From NCBI GenBank assembly GCA_965533395.1, contig CBESWY010000002.1:1-40656 (forward strand): a stretch of 40,656 nucleotides of DNA. Reading direction: 5' to 3'. The stretch's first letter is position 1; each line of letters opens with the position of its first letter. The notes beneath the pieces were generated by a model that saw only the letters and a program-made list of their open reading frames with translations, did not search any database and was not told the origin of the DNA. This DNA comes from an uncultured Myxococcales bacterium. GTDB taxonomy: Bacteria; Myxococcota_A; Polyangia; Polyangiales; Houyiibacteriaceae. The position numbers and the translations under genes are program-made. Shown here one piece after another: positions 8,622 through 18,200 of this stretch.

Positions 8622-9419
8622 TCAGCGTTTGGTCGTGCGCAGAATTTCCGACGCCTTTGCCCGCCCGAGACCTGCGGCTCGCGCGCAGCGCACGATGACG
8701 GGGACGAGCGCGTCATAGGCCGAGAGCGCATCGGGATTCAAACGGCGGAGCGCGGTTCGATGATTTGCCACGGCCTCAGCTTCGCCCCGTGCGATCGGAC
8801 CCGTGAGGGCGCCGGGAATGCCGAGGCTCTGCACGTTTTCGCCGACGCTTTGCAGCAGGCCACCGATCGCGCGTTCTGCGGCGCGGGGCTCGAACCCAAG
8901 CCGTTCGAGCAGGCCGACCGAAACGAAGGCCAACGCCGCAGCGCCGTTTGCGGCGAGGGCGGCTGCGGCGTGGTATCCCGCTCCGCCGGTCTGGGCTAGC
9001 ACCACGCGGGCGCCGCAGGCTTTCGCGATGCGCCGGCTGGCGGCGATGGCGCGCCGAGAGCCATTCACCGTGAACGTCGCCCCTCGAAGGCTCGGACTCC
9101 GTTGCTTGCTAGGGAACGAGACCAGCGGGTGCATCACCCCGACCGCGGCTCCGCTCGCTCTGCATGCCTCCAGCTCGTCGGTGCCCCGTGCGCCAGCGCA
9201 GTGAACAACGGCGGCCCCTCGCTTGAGGTTCGGGGCGATCGCGCTGGCGACCGTCGAAATCGAGTCATCGGAGACCGCGAGGACGATTGCGTCCGCCGCG
9301 GCCACGCTCGAGGGTCTGCAGTTCCGGCCCGTGGCAACGACCTCGAGCATGCCGCTTGCTTCCAGCGACCGCCGCAGTCCATTCCCGACTCGGCCGCGGC
9401 CGATGATCAGGAGGTTCAT
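8622..9419 (-). CDS. Rossmann-like plus DUF2520 domain protein (ProC/prephenate-dehydrogenase-like NAD(P) oxidoreductase fold)
   Basis: 265 aa. N-terminal MNLLIIGRGRVGNGL dinucleotide-binding loop. Then HPLVSF, YHAAAALAANG and ALTGPIARGE, which match the DUF2520 pattern (YHaAa..asN ... ALTGP..RGD). Its ATG overlaps the nadD stop (ATGA). Confidence 0.8.
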   Translation of the reverse strand: MNLLIIGRGRVGNGLRRSLEASGMLEVVATGRNCRPSSVAAADAIVLAVSDDSISTVASAIAPNLKRGAAVVHCAGARGTDELEACRASGAAVGVMHPLVSFPSKQRSPSLRGATFTVNGSRRAIAASRRIAKACGARVVLAQTGGAGYHAAAALAANGAAALAFVSVGLLERLGFEPRAAERAIGGLLQSVGENVQSLGIPGALTGPIARGEAEAVANHRTALRRLNPDALSAYDALVPVIVRCARAAGLGRAKASEILRTTKR

Positions 9420-9979
9420 CCTTCGCCTCGATAGAGCTCGCGAGCTCGGATGTGATCGACGACGGCGCTCGGCACCAGTCCGCCAATGTCGGCCGCGTTT
9501 GATAGGCCGGTGCGGATGTCGGTGGAGTTGATGTTTGGAATTGAGATCGGGCAGCCCTCTGGTACCGGGTAACCCTGGCGACCAATTACGAGTGGTGGCG
9601 CGACTCTCACGACCTCATCCCAGCGGTACCAGCGATCGGTCGTTGGAAGGACGTCCGCGCCGATGAGTAGTCGAAAAAGCGCGTCCGGATTCTCCTTTTC
9701 GAGCGCATCCAGGGTTTCGAGCATTCGGCTGACCCCGCCGAGACGTTGCTCGATGTCGGAGACCTGGACGTTTCGGAACGGGGCGAAGGCGAGTTCGCAC
9801 ATCGTTCGACGCTCTTCGAACGGTGCGCCGTGTTGTTTGTCGAACACGTGTTTCCAAGTCGGGACAATCCAAAGCGCGTCGAGATCGGCTGCCGAGAGCG
9901 CCCAGGCCACCGAAAGTACGTGGCCCAGATGAGGCGGGTCAAAGCTGCCGCCATAGATCGCGACCCGCTGCGAGGTCAT
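9416..9979 (-). CDS. nadD: Nicotinate-nucleotide adenylyltransferase
   Basis: VAIYGGSFDPPHLGHV (the (H/T)xGH nucleotidyltransferase motif) and a C-terminal INSTDIR (ISST-like) motif. I place the start at ATG 9979 (MTSQRVAIYGG) rather than the track start 10030, because ATG 9979 forms an ATGA overlap with the upstream gene's stop. Confidence 0.93.
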   Translation of the reverse strand: MTSQRVAIYGGSFDPPHLGHVLSVAWALSAADLDALWIVPTWKHVFDKQHGAPFEERRTMCELAFAPFRNVQVSDIEQRLGGVSRMLETLDALEKENPDALFRLLIGADVLPTTDRWYRWDEVVRVAPPLVIGRQGYPVPEGCPISIPNINSTDIRTGLSNAADIGGLVPSAVVDHIRARELYRGEG

Positions 9980-10569
9980 GGCGCCACCATCACCTTCGCG
10001 CCCCGACCTTGAATGGGCTCGCTCCAGCACACCTCGCCGCTCACCGTGATCGCCGCCAAGACGACGCCTCCGGTTTCGGATTGGTCGTCCAGCAGGCCCA
10101 GATGCCCTGTCGCGAGAGGGCCCGGGCTAAAAAAGCAACGCGGCCCGAACCGCTTGAACATCAGCTCTTTGCCATCGCCGTACACGACGATGTTCGAGTT
10201 GATCACGTCTTCCTCTCCGATGGTCGATTTGTTTCGCACGATGAGGGCGATGCGGTCGTCGAGCATTTCCATTGCGCGGCGAGGCGGCGGCGGTGCGATG
10301 CGCAACTTTCCAAGGTAACGTGCACCGCGCAGCTTGCGCAGCACCTCTTCAATCTGGTCCGACGTTCCGCGTGCTGCGACCTCGGCGACCTGCTGTTCGA
10401 GCGGGGCGTCGCCGGCATTCGATTCGTGCTTCGCCGTAAACGCACGGATTGCCTCGTCTTCTGCGAGATAGATGACGTTGTCGACCTCGAGGTCGCAGAT
10501 CAAGAGCTTGGCTGCCTCCTCGAGGGCAGCGACGTCGCTTTTTGCCGGACCGATGAAACCCAACCGCAT
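9976..10569 (-). CDS. Hypothetical protein, calcineurin-like metallophosphoesterase (YfcE/MJ0936-like) fold with metal-ligand motifs apparently lost
   Basis: 197 aa. The block order resembles small metallophosphoesterases, but the motifs are substituted: MRLGFIGPAKS (vs iSDtHG), VDNVIYLAED (vs vD.viHaGD), IALIVRNK (vs i.l.HG), NIVVYGDGK (vs vvi.GHTH), FFSPGP (vs iNPGS). The start lies 4 nt after the upstream stop, and the stop overlaps the nadD ATG. Confidence 0.6.
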   Translation of the reverse strand: MRLGFIGPAKSDVAALEEAAKLLICDLEVDNVIYLAEDEAIRAFTAKHESNAGDAPLEQQVAEVAARGTSDQIEEVLRKLRGARYLGKLRIAPPPPRRAMEMLDDRIALIVRNKSTIGEEDVINSNIVVYGDGKELMFKRFGPRCFFSPGPLATGHLGLLDDQSETGGVVLAAITVSGEVCWSEPIQGRGAKVMVAP

Positions 10570-10573
10570 GGTT

Positions 10574-13500
10574 CTAGGGATCTACACCAGCTTGGGCCCG
10601 AGCTTCAAAATGTGTGTCGCTCATCGCAAATCGCACCATGGCCCAGGCCTCTGGGGTCTCCTGAATGACGCTCAAGCGCTGGTCGTCGCCCGCGGGGACG
10701 TCGTGCCCCGCGATCTTGAGCAAGGCGCTCACCGCCGAGGGCACGTCCCCGGTGAGCGTCAACGCCGCGCGGTTGCCGAGCTCGGCGATCGCAAAGGGCA
10801 CCGCTCTCGTGGAAAACCGGACATTGCCCTTCAGCTCCAGGGCCAAGCTATCGACCTCGTCGCGCCAGCGACGTGGCACCGCCTTGAGCAGCTTCTTGCG
10901 CAGGTCCAGCATTTGGGGCGTCGTTGCTTCGTTTCCCGCGCTCGCTCCGTGTTCCTGGAGCAGCGCCGAGAGAGCCAGGTCCAGGTCCTGGGGACGCGCG
11001 CGGAGCGCAGGGGCCAGATGATTGGCGGCGACTTTGAGCGCACGCGCAAACAGAAACAGACGCTCCCTGGGGTTGGTGATTTGGTGGAGGTTGCCTCCGA
11101 CCACGATCGTGGGCGGGTCGCCGGAAACCGGCATGCACGCCGCAGGGGCTACGTAGGTGATCCGTACGCGCGGCTCACTGATCCCCAACATTTCGGCGAC
11201 AGCGCCCGCCTCCTCGACGAGAATCCGATGCTCGCCGCTTGGCTTGCGTAAGCGCCAGGCGCCGGCATCGAAGGGCAACACCTTGTCGAAGGAGTGCTCG
11301 CACAGCGCGAAAAGCCGGCGGGCGGTCTCTGGTAGGCCGTCCGGAGCGACGACGGCATCGACCAGGCCCGGCAATGGAACCTTGGCCTCGCCCAGGGCTT
11401 CGCCATGGGCGGTGACATCTCCCTCGAAGAGAGAGTCAGGATGGCCGGCCGCGATCGCCCCGCTGGCCGCGCAGGAGGCTGGGCCAGGACCGTGCCTGCG
11501 GTTGAGCACGCGAACCAGGGTCGTCCAAAGGGACTCATCGCCGGGTTCGCGTTCGATGGCGGTTCGCAAGTCGCTGAGGGCCCGGTTCAGGTGCATCGCC
11601 TCAGCGCGGTCAGCGCCCTGACGTTGGTAGTAGTCGGCGAGGGCAAGAATCACGTCGGGATCGGTTGGCTGCTCCGCACGCAGTGTCTCCAAAATTTGCT
11701 CGGCTTGCCGCACCTGACCGGCCGATTCGACGGCCCCCGCCAGCCGAATTCGGTAGTCGCGCTTTTCGGATTCACCGCCGGCGCGTCGAACCAGCTCTTC
11801 GAGCAATTGCCCAGCTTCGTGGGCCTTGCCTTGCCGACTGACGACCGATGCGAGGCGATCCAAGGATTCCAAATTTGCGGGCGAAAGTTGCGCGGCCCTC
11901 CGGAGGGACGCTTCGGCGCGCCCAAGGTCGTGCAGATGTACGTCGTAGAGCGCAGCGAGCTGCGTAAACGCCCAGACCTGCTCCTCGTTGCTGCGCTGCA
12001 GGCGCGCGATGCGAATCAGCGCTTCGGCGGCACCTTGCCAATTCGCCGCGGCGCGGTGGGTGTCGACCAGCTCTTTGAGCGCGGCGAAGTTGAGGGGATC
12101 GAGCTCGAGGCACTCGTGCAATGCATCGCTGACGGCTTCGAGATCGCCCCGCTCACGACTTTGACGCGCCTTGTGCACCAGCAAACCAACCAGGGTCGGT
12201 GTGTCGGCTCCTGCATCGATGCGGGCATCGGTGAGCTCCGCGAGCTCGTCGAGTCGCCCCTGACTCTGGTAGAGCGCCGCGAGTCGGCGGTACACATCGA
12301 GGTATCGGATGTCACACTTCGAAGCGGCCACCCAGGCGCTGACGGCGCGATGCTGGTCTCCAAGCTGCTGCTCGAAGATGCACGCGGCCTCCCGCCAGAG
12401 CGACGCGGCGCGCTGGCTGTCCTTGGCCGTGCCGGCGGCGTCTTGATAGACGGCAGCCGCGTCTTCCCAACGCTTGGCCGCATGCAAGAGGCCCGCTTCG
12501 ACTTCGCGCGCGAGGGGATGACTTCTCGCTTCGTCCAAGCGCTCTAGCGCGTTTTCTGGAGCACCCATCAGCTGGAGCACGTGAGCGGCGTCGAGCGCGA
12601 ATGCGCCCCGTTCGAGGTCGTCATCGACGGCGGCCTGTAGAGCGAGGAGCGCTTGGAGGCTGAGCAGGTTCTCGCCCGTCGCGTACGCCGCGCCCAGCAC
12701 TTGTCTGGCCAAGCCTGGGTCCGCCTCGAGCGCGTCGTCGATCCCGCGCAGCCATCGATCGAGATCGGATTGCAGGATGTCGGGATCGGCCCTGAGCAGC
12801 TCGAGATGGAGCCGATGTCTGGCCAAGCGGTCGGGCGAGTCCTCCGGAAGGGCCTTCGAAAGTCGCCGAGCGCTCGAACGTACGCGCTCGGTGTCGTTCT
12901 CTCGAAGCGCGTCCCATTCGAGGGCGCGCGCGGTGGGGATGTGATCGGGGCGAAGCTCCGCGATCGATTGGAGCGACAAGCGCGCGCTTTGCATGTCGTG
13001 ACGTGCGAGTCGATCGAGTTCTGCCATCGCGGCCAACGCGCCGAGCCGATCGGCCTCGCCAGTGGCCTCGCGCAGGCGGCTCATCGGACCGTCGGACAGT
13101 CGCGCGAACTCCGATGCCTCCAGCTCTGCTACCTCTCGCTGGACGCGAATCATTTCGTTGTCTGGATTGTCGGTCGAGGCCTCACGGAGCACCCGCGCGG
13201 CTCGGGCCGCGAGCCCGGCCGCCCGATACGATGCCGCGGCACGCTCCAAATCCGCGGACGTCCCCAAACGGCGCGCCGCCAGCTCCATCAGCTCCCCGGC
13301 GGTTTCGGTATCGCGTCCGGCCGCCTCGATGAGGTGCTCGATAAGGAGTGGATCCGGACCGGCTCGGTCCAACGCCGATTCCGCGTACGCCAGGCGGTCG
13401 CCGCATGACGGAGCCCACAACGAAGCACGCAGCCAGCTCGCCGCTTGATCTCTTGAACCGAGCGCCGCTTGCCTTGCCGCGCTGCTCGCGCGGGCTTCGT

Positions 13501-15280
13501 CTCCGCCCAGCCGGTCCTCCAGCTCCCAGAGGGCGGGCAGGTAGTCCACTTCTTCCGCCAATGCGGCCTCGCACGCGGTCTTTGCTTCCTCGGACCCGGG
13601 CTCCGCCAGCCTCGCGGCCATGGTGAAAGCAAAGGCGCTGCGCGTGCCACTGGCGGCGTTCCCCTCGTCGATCCAGCGCCGACTGCTCCGCCCGTGGTCA
13701 TCGTCTTCGAGCAGGAGCACTCGGCCGATCATCGGGTCGCCCGGCACCCGTTCCTCGGCGCGAATCAGAGCGCGGCCGCGGTCGACTAGGCCGCAGGTCG
13801 CTCCCATTTCAGCGACGGCGAGCGCAGCACCGGCCGCCAGCTCTTCGGGTGCGCCGTCGAGCTCCGCTTCGAGAGCCGCAAAGAACGCCTCGCCATCATG
13901 GATGTGCGCCGCCTCGTCCGCCTGAAGCAACCTCGAAGCGACGCTCGTTTGCGCACCCGGCATCGATTGCTGCCATTGGAGCACCTCGGCTTCCTCGCCG
14001 GAATCGGCTGCGACGAGACGCTTCCAGGCTCCCAGGTAGGGTTTCAAGCGAGGGTCCGCCTGCGCATCCACGGAAGCGAGCTCGAAACCTTCTCGCTCAC
14101 CGCGCTCCGCGTGAAGCCGCGCGCGCCGCGCGGATCCGACGGCCCGAATTTCCGGAGTGTCATCGGAAGCGCTCGCGACGAGTCCGTCGATCATGCTCCG
14201 GGTGTCGCCGCAAAGCGCGGCCGACTCGGCGTGCGTCCAGAGAGACGCCGTGTCTTTTGCGCCGTCGAGCAATGCGACCGCCGCTTCTGGAGAGGCGCTG
14301 CGCTTGCGGAGGCTCGCCGCCGTTCGACGAAGGGCGGGGGAGAACCGCCCCGAGACCTGGGCTGCAGCGGCGAGCAGCGCTTCGCTTGCCGAGTCATCCT
14401 GGCCAAGCCCGCGGCTGGTTCGAACGACGCCGAGATGCGCCGCAAGCAGGTTCGGCTGAAGCTCGACCACGCGGCCGTATCGGCTCCTCGCCTCTTCGAG
14501 AGCGCCCGCTTTTTCTTTGAGCTCCGCCGCATGCAACAGCAGCACCGCCTCGGCTTCGGCGCGTGGCCAGCACTCGGCAGCGCTCGTCAGAGCGTCTGCT
14601 GCGCGCCCTGAATCGGAGCGTGCAAGCCTAGCTGAGGCCACGAGCATGCACGCGACGAAGTCGTCCTTTCGAAGCTCGGCCGCGTGTGCCGCGGCCTGCT
14701 CGGCGGCTGCCGGGTCGTGGAGCTTCGAGAGCTGGATACGCGCAAGCAGGTTGAGCGCCGATGCTCGATCGGCGGGGCTGAGCTCCAGCGCGGCCTCCTT
14801 TTCGAGGGCGTCCGCCGCGGCGCCCCAGTCGCCGTTGCGCAGGGAGAGCCGCCGAAGCGCTCGCAGAACGACGACGTCGCGCGCGTCCGCAGACAGAGCC
14901 TCGCCGTAGTGGCGCCTCGCGGACTCGTCGTCTCCGAGTCGCTCGCAGAGCTCCCCCGCCGACGTGAAAAGCCGTGCGCGGGCCGAGCCAACCGTGCGTT
15001 GTCCGAGCGCTTCGAGGAGTGCGATGCGCCGCTTCATGGCGTCAGGCGTGTCGCCGACCAGCGGCAGCGCCTGGTGTCGCGGCTTGTGCTCGAAAACCGT
15101 CCGTTGCGCCGCGATCGCGCCGGAGTCCGAGGGGTCCGGCGGGCGGCTCGTGTGCTTCGTCGGACTTCCAGCCTCGGTTTCGACGAAGGAGTCGAGCAGG
15201 GCTGCGATCGCCTCGTCATCGATGTCGAACGAGGCAGGCTCCGATTCGCGGCTTGCCGGCGACACGTCGTCCTCAGCCAT
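10574..15280 (-). CDS. Giant TPR-repeat protein (1568 aa) with an acidic disordered N-terminus and a non-TPR C-terminal domain
   Basis: Single uninterrupted 4.7-kb ORF with the GC3 bias expected of real coding sequence. Dozens of Ala/Leu-rich helical hairpins of TPR type (e.g. ARRHYGEALSADARDVVVLRALRRL, AAVYQDAAGTAKDSQRAASLWREAA). The ATG at 15280 overlaps the upstream stop (ATGGCTGA) and is preceded by GGGGAAG. Confidence 0.85.
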   Translation of the reverse strand: MAEDDVSPASRESEPASFDIDDEAIAALLDSFVETEAGSPTKHTSRPPDPSDSGAIAAQRTVFEHKPRHQALPLVGDTPDAMKRRIALLEALGQRTVGSARARLFTSAGELCERLGDDESARRHYGEALSADARDVVVLRALRRLSLRNGDWGAAADALEKEAALELSPADRASALNLLARIQLSKLHDPAAAEQAAAHAAELRKDDFVACMLVASARLARSDSGRAADALTSAAECWPRAEAEAVLLLHAAELKEKAGALEEARSRYGRVVELQPNLLAAHLGVVRTSRGLGQDDSASEALLAAAAQVSGRFSPALRRTAASLRKRSASPEAAVALLDGAKDTASLWTHAESAALCGDTRSMIDGLVASASDDTPEIRAVGSARRARLHAERGEREGFELASVDAQADPRLKPYLGAWKRLVAADSGEEAEVLQWQQSMPGAQTSVASRLLQADEAAHIHDGEAFFAALEAELDGAPEELAAGAALAVAEMGATCGLVDRGRALIRAEERVPGDPMIGRVLLLEDDDHGRSSRRWIDEGNAASGTRSAFAFTMAARLAEPGSEEAKTACEAALAEEVDYLPALWELEDRLGGDEARASSAARQAALGSRDQAASWLRASLWAPSCGDRLAYAESALDRAGPDPLLIEHLIEAAGRDTETAGELMELAARRLGTSADLERAAASYRAAGLAARAARVLREASTDNPDNEMIRVQREVAELEASEFARLSDGPMSRLREATGEADRLGALAAMAELDRLARHDMQSARLSLQSIAELRPDHIPTARALEWDALRENDTERVRSSARRLSKALPEDSPDRLARHRLHLELLRADPDILQSDLDRWLRGIDDALEADPGLARQVLGAAYATGENLLSLQALLALQAAVDDDLERGAFALDAAHVLQLMGAPENALERLDEARSHPLAREVEAGLLHAAKRWEDAAAVYQDAAGTAKDSQRAASLWREAACIFEQQLGDQHRAVSAWVAASKCDIRYLDVYRRLAALYQSQGRLDELAELTDARIDAGADTPTLVGLLVHKARQSRERGDLEAVSDALHECLELDPLNFAALKELVDTHRAAANWQGAAEALIRIARLQRSNEEQVWAFTQLAALYDVHLHDLGRAEASLRRAAQLSPANLESLDRLASVVSRQGKAHEAGQLLEELVRRAGGESEKRDYRIRLAGAVESAGQVRQAEQILETLRAEQPTDPDVILALADYYQRQGADRAEAMHLNRALSDLRTAIEREPGDESLWTTLVRVLNRRHGPGPASCAASGAIAAGHPDSLFEGDVTAHGEALGEAKVPLPGLVDAVVAPDGLPETARRLFALCEHSFDKVLPFDAGAWRLRKPSGEHRILVEEAGAVAEMLGISEPRVRITYVAPAACMPVSGDPPTIVVGGNLHQITNPRERLFLFARALKVAANHLAPALRARPQDLDLALSALLQEHGASAGNEATTPQMLDLRKKLLKAVPRRWRDEVDSLALELKGNVRFSTRAVPFAIAELGNRAALTLTGDVPSAVSALLKIAGHDVPAGDDQRLSVIQETPEAWAMVRFAMSDTHFEARAQAGVDP

Positions 15281-18200
15281 GGCTTCCCCACAGCGGTGAG
15301 TCGGCGTCGAGCCAGAAGCGCAGAAGATCGAGGCCGCGCGAAGACACCCTCAGCGCTTCGGGATTCGGCTCTTGGTTCAGCAGCACCGCGAGCCCGGCGC
15401 CGATCTCTCCGCATGCAAGCAATCCCGCTCGGTCCGCGCTGCGCTGCAGGCTCCGGGCATACGCGAGCAGGGACGAGGAGTGCAGCTTGGCGCCTCCGAC
15501 CGCTTGGTGGACGGCTTTGCGCGCGGCCCGCCTCAGCTTGACGTCCGTCGCAGGAAGGGGGGGATCTCCGGCCTCGACCTTGCAGCGCGCGACGCGAAGA
15601 ACGGCCAGCAGTGTCCCGGCGGCCTGTTCTGGAGACCCATCGATGAGCTGGGCGCCACCGTGTGGCGCGGCCCAGGCGAGTCGGCCTGCGACGAAACGCG
15701 CCTTCGGATCGAGACCGCCGCGCGCGCGCCGGGGGACGACCCAGCGGATTTCGCCGTCGCGGCCAGTCCGAGCCACCAGCGTGGCGAGCTCGTCCGAGAT
15801 CTCGATGGAGCCCGTCCGGGCGCCGAAGCGCTGGGACACGCGCTCGAGCTCGGTGACGACTGGATCGTTCGGGTCGGCCTTCTTCGCGCGCAGGCGATCG
15901 CTGCCGAGGGCTGGGCCTGCGCGAAGCACGAGCTCCTGAAGCACCGGCTCGGCTTTCGGATCCCAGAGCGCAGCGACCGAGACCTGGCCAAGGTCTACGC
16001 TTTGGTCGTCGGCCGGCGCGGCGAGTCCCAGCGCCCGCTGGACGGCCACCGCCGCGGCTGCTCGTCCTTGGTGGCCTCGCCATTCGGCCGCGCTTCGCAG
16101 TGCTTCGAGATGCGACGCGGCGAGCTCGCCGGCGTCGATCTGCGACCAAACGGCTGCCTCGTAGCTTGCGACGGCGGTGTCGACCTCCGTACCGTCGACG
16201 AGCTCGACCAGGCCGGAGATCGCGGTCGCGCTGGCCGGATCCGCCTGGAGGGCGCGTCTGTAGGCATCGGTCGCCGCTTCCGGGCGCCCGAGCTCGGTTT
16301 CGAGGGCGGCGATTCGCGTCCAGTTTCCCGAGTCTGCGAGCCCTAGCGCTTCGACGGCACGCAGTTCCTCGAGGGCCTCGGCTTTGGCGCCAAGCTGGGT
16401 TTCGAGGAAGCCTGCGGCCCCCAAGTGCGCGACGCGCCGCTGCTCGTCGGGAATGTTCGCCCTCGATAGGCGTTGCAAGCAGTCGACCGCCTCGGCCCAT
16501 CGTTCTAGAGAGACATGCACCTCGGCGGCCAAGGCCAAGGCGCCTGCATGGTCCGGATCCGTCGTGAACAGCTCGTCGAGCACTTCGAGCGCGCCCGGGC
16601 GATCGCTGAAGCCGCGGAGAAGGCGAGCGCGTTCGTAGAGTAGAGCCGGTCGATCCTTCGGGCCGCCGAGGGCAAGCCGCTCCGCGACGAGCACTTCGAG
16701 CGCCTCGGCGTCTTCACGGGCGACGAGCAGATCGCGAAGGCTCCGAAAGGCGAGGTCCCGCGTAGGGTCCTCCTCGAGCGCGCGTCGAAAAAGATCTTCG
16801 GCTTGTTGGTACTGCTGGAGGCATTCCATTCGCACCACGCCGGCTTCTTCCAAGAGGTCGCCCCGGAGCGAGTCTTCGACGAATGGCGCGAGCCGTTCGC
16901 AGGCCTGTGCAACCATCGGCCACTCACCGGCCTGCCGAGCCGCACTTCGAAGCGTTTCCCACAGGGCCAAATCGTCGGGTCGTTCGTCGATGGCGTTGCT
17001 GAGAAGCGCGACGGCCTCCGCGCCCCGATCGGCTTCGACCAGGGCCCGACAATGCGCCGCTTCGAGCGCGCCGCGCCCCAGGGCTTCGCTGTGGTGCAAC
17101 TTCTGCGCTAGCGCATGGACGCGCAACGCGGCTTCGTCAGTTGGTGCGAGCGCCTCGTCGATCGCGACGGCCGCGTCTGGATGGAGCGCCGAGAGCGCCT
17201 CGGCTTCCTGAGCACGCATGAATAGCTCGTCCGCGCCTTCTGTGCCTCGGGCAATCCCCAAGGCGCGCAGCCCCTGAAGGAGCGTCGCCGCCCGTAAACC
17301 TTCGGTGGGCGCTGCAGCCGATAGCTGGAGCCAGGCGTCGCCTGCGGACGAGCCCAGTTCGCCTAGCGACGCGCGAAGCGCACCATAGCCGGCGGTGAAC
17401 CCATTCGCGTCTGCCGGTGCTCTGGCCCCTGCGTCCGACAGGAGCTCCTCTGCCGCCGCCCGTTGGTCCGCATTGCTGAGCTTCACCGGCAGGGACAGGA
17501 TCGCGATCGCGGCAGCCGTGGCGGTGCAGGGGTGGTCGAGCGCGAGCTCGTAGGCCCGGCACGCATCGACGCCAACATCAGAGCCCAGACTGTCACCCAA
17601 AAGCAGTGCGAAGAGCTCGGGCACGCCTCCAGCGAGGTCGCTGTTCGAAAGCGAGCTGTACGCGCGCCGCATCGCGCTCTCATCCGCCTGACGGCGGGAT
17701 ACGTCGAGAAGGGCGAGCGCGGCGGACGTCGAGCCGGGCGCATCCGCGAGCGCCTGCTCATAGGCCTGGCGAGCGGCGGCTATATTGCCGCTCCGCTCGG
17801 CGGTTGCACCCGCAAGCAGCAGCGAGCGCTCCCCGAGCGCCGTCCGCGAATCTGCGCTGGACCGTTCGCGCGCCAAAGATACGACGTCTTCGGGGTGGCC
17901 TCCTTCACGCAGAACCGCATCCAGAAGCGAGATCGCGTTGCCATCGTCGGGAGCCGTGGCCAGCGCAGACCGAAGGACGCGCTCCGCTGCGTCCCAGTCG
18001 CGGTTTCGCGCGTGCGCCTGCCCCGCAGCGCAAAGGTGTCCGAGGCGACGATCCCCCGACGCGTGCTCTGCGCCCTCCTCGTGAGCGCGGGCCAGCAAAC
18101 CCAGGTCGCCTTTCCATGCCGACTGCGCTCGTGCGAGTGCCGGTGCCCAGGCACGATTGTTGGCGTCGCCCAGGGCGTCGCGAAGGAACTGCTCGGCGTC

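Noticed and set aside
15034-16500. 488-aa extremely Arg-rich ORF, and many similar 80-380-aa ORFs (e.g. 11405-12547, 14974-15939, 17463-18449), inside the giant TPR genes
   Set aside because: These are alternative-frame or antisense products of GC-rich repeat-coding DNA, with Arg/Pro/Ser/Gly-dominated composition. The single long frames with TPR periodicity explain the whole region.
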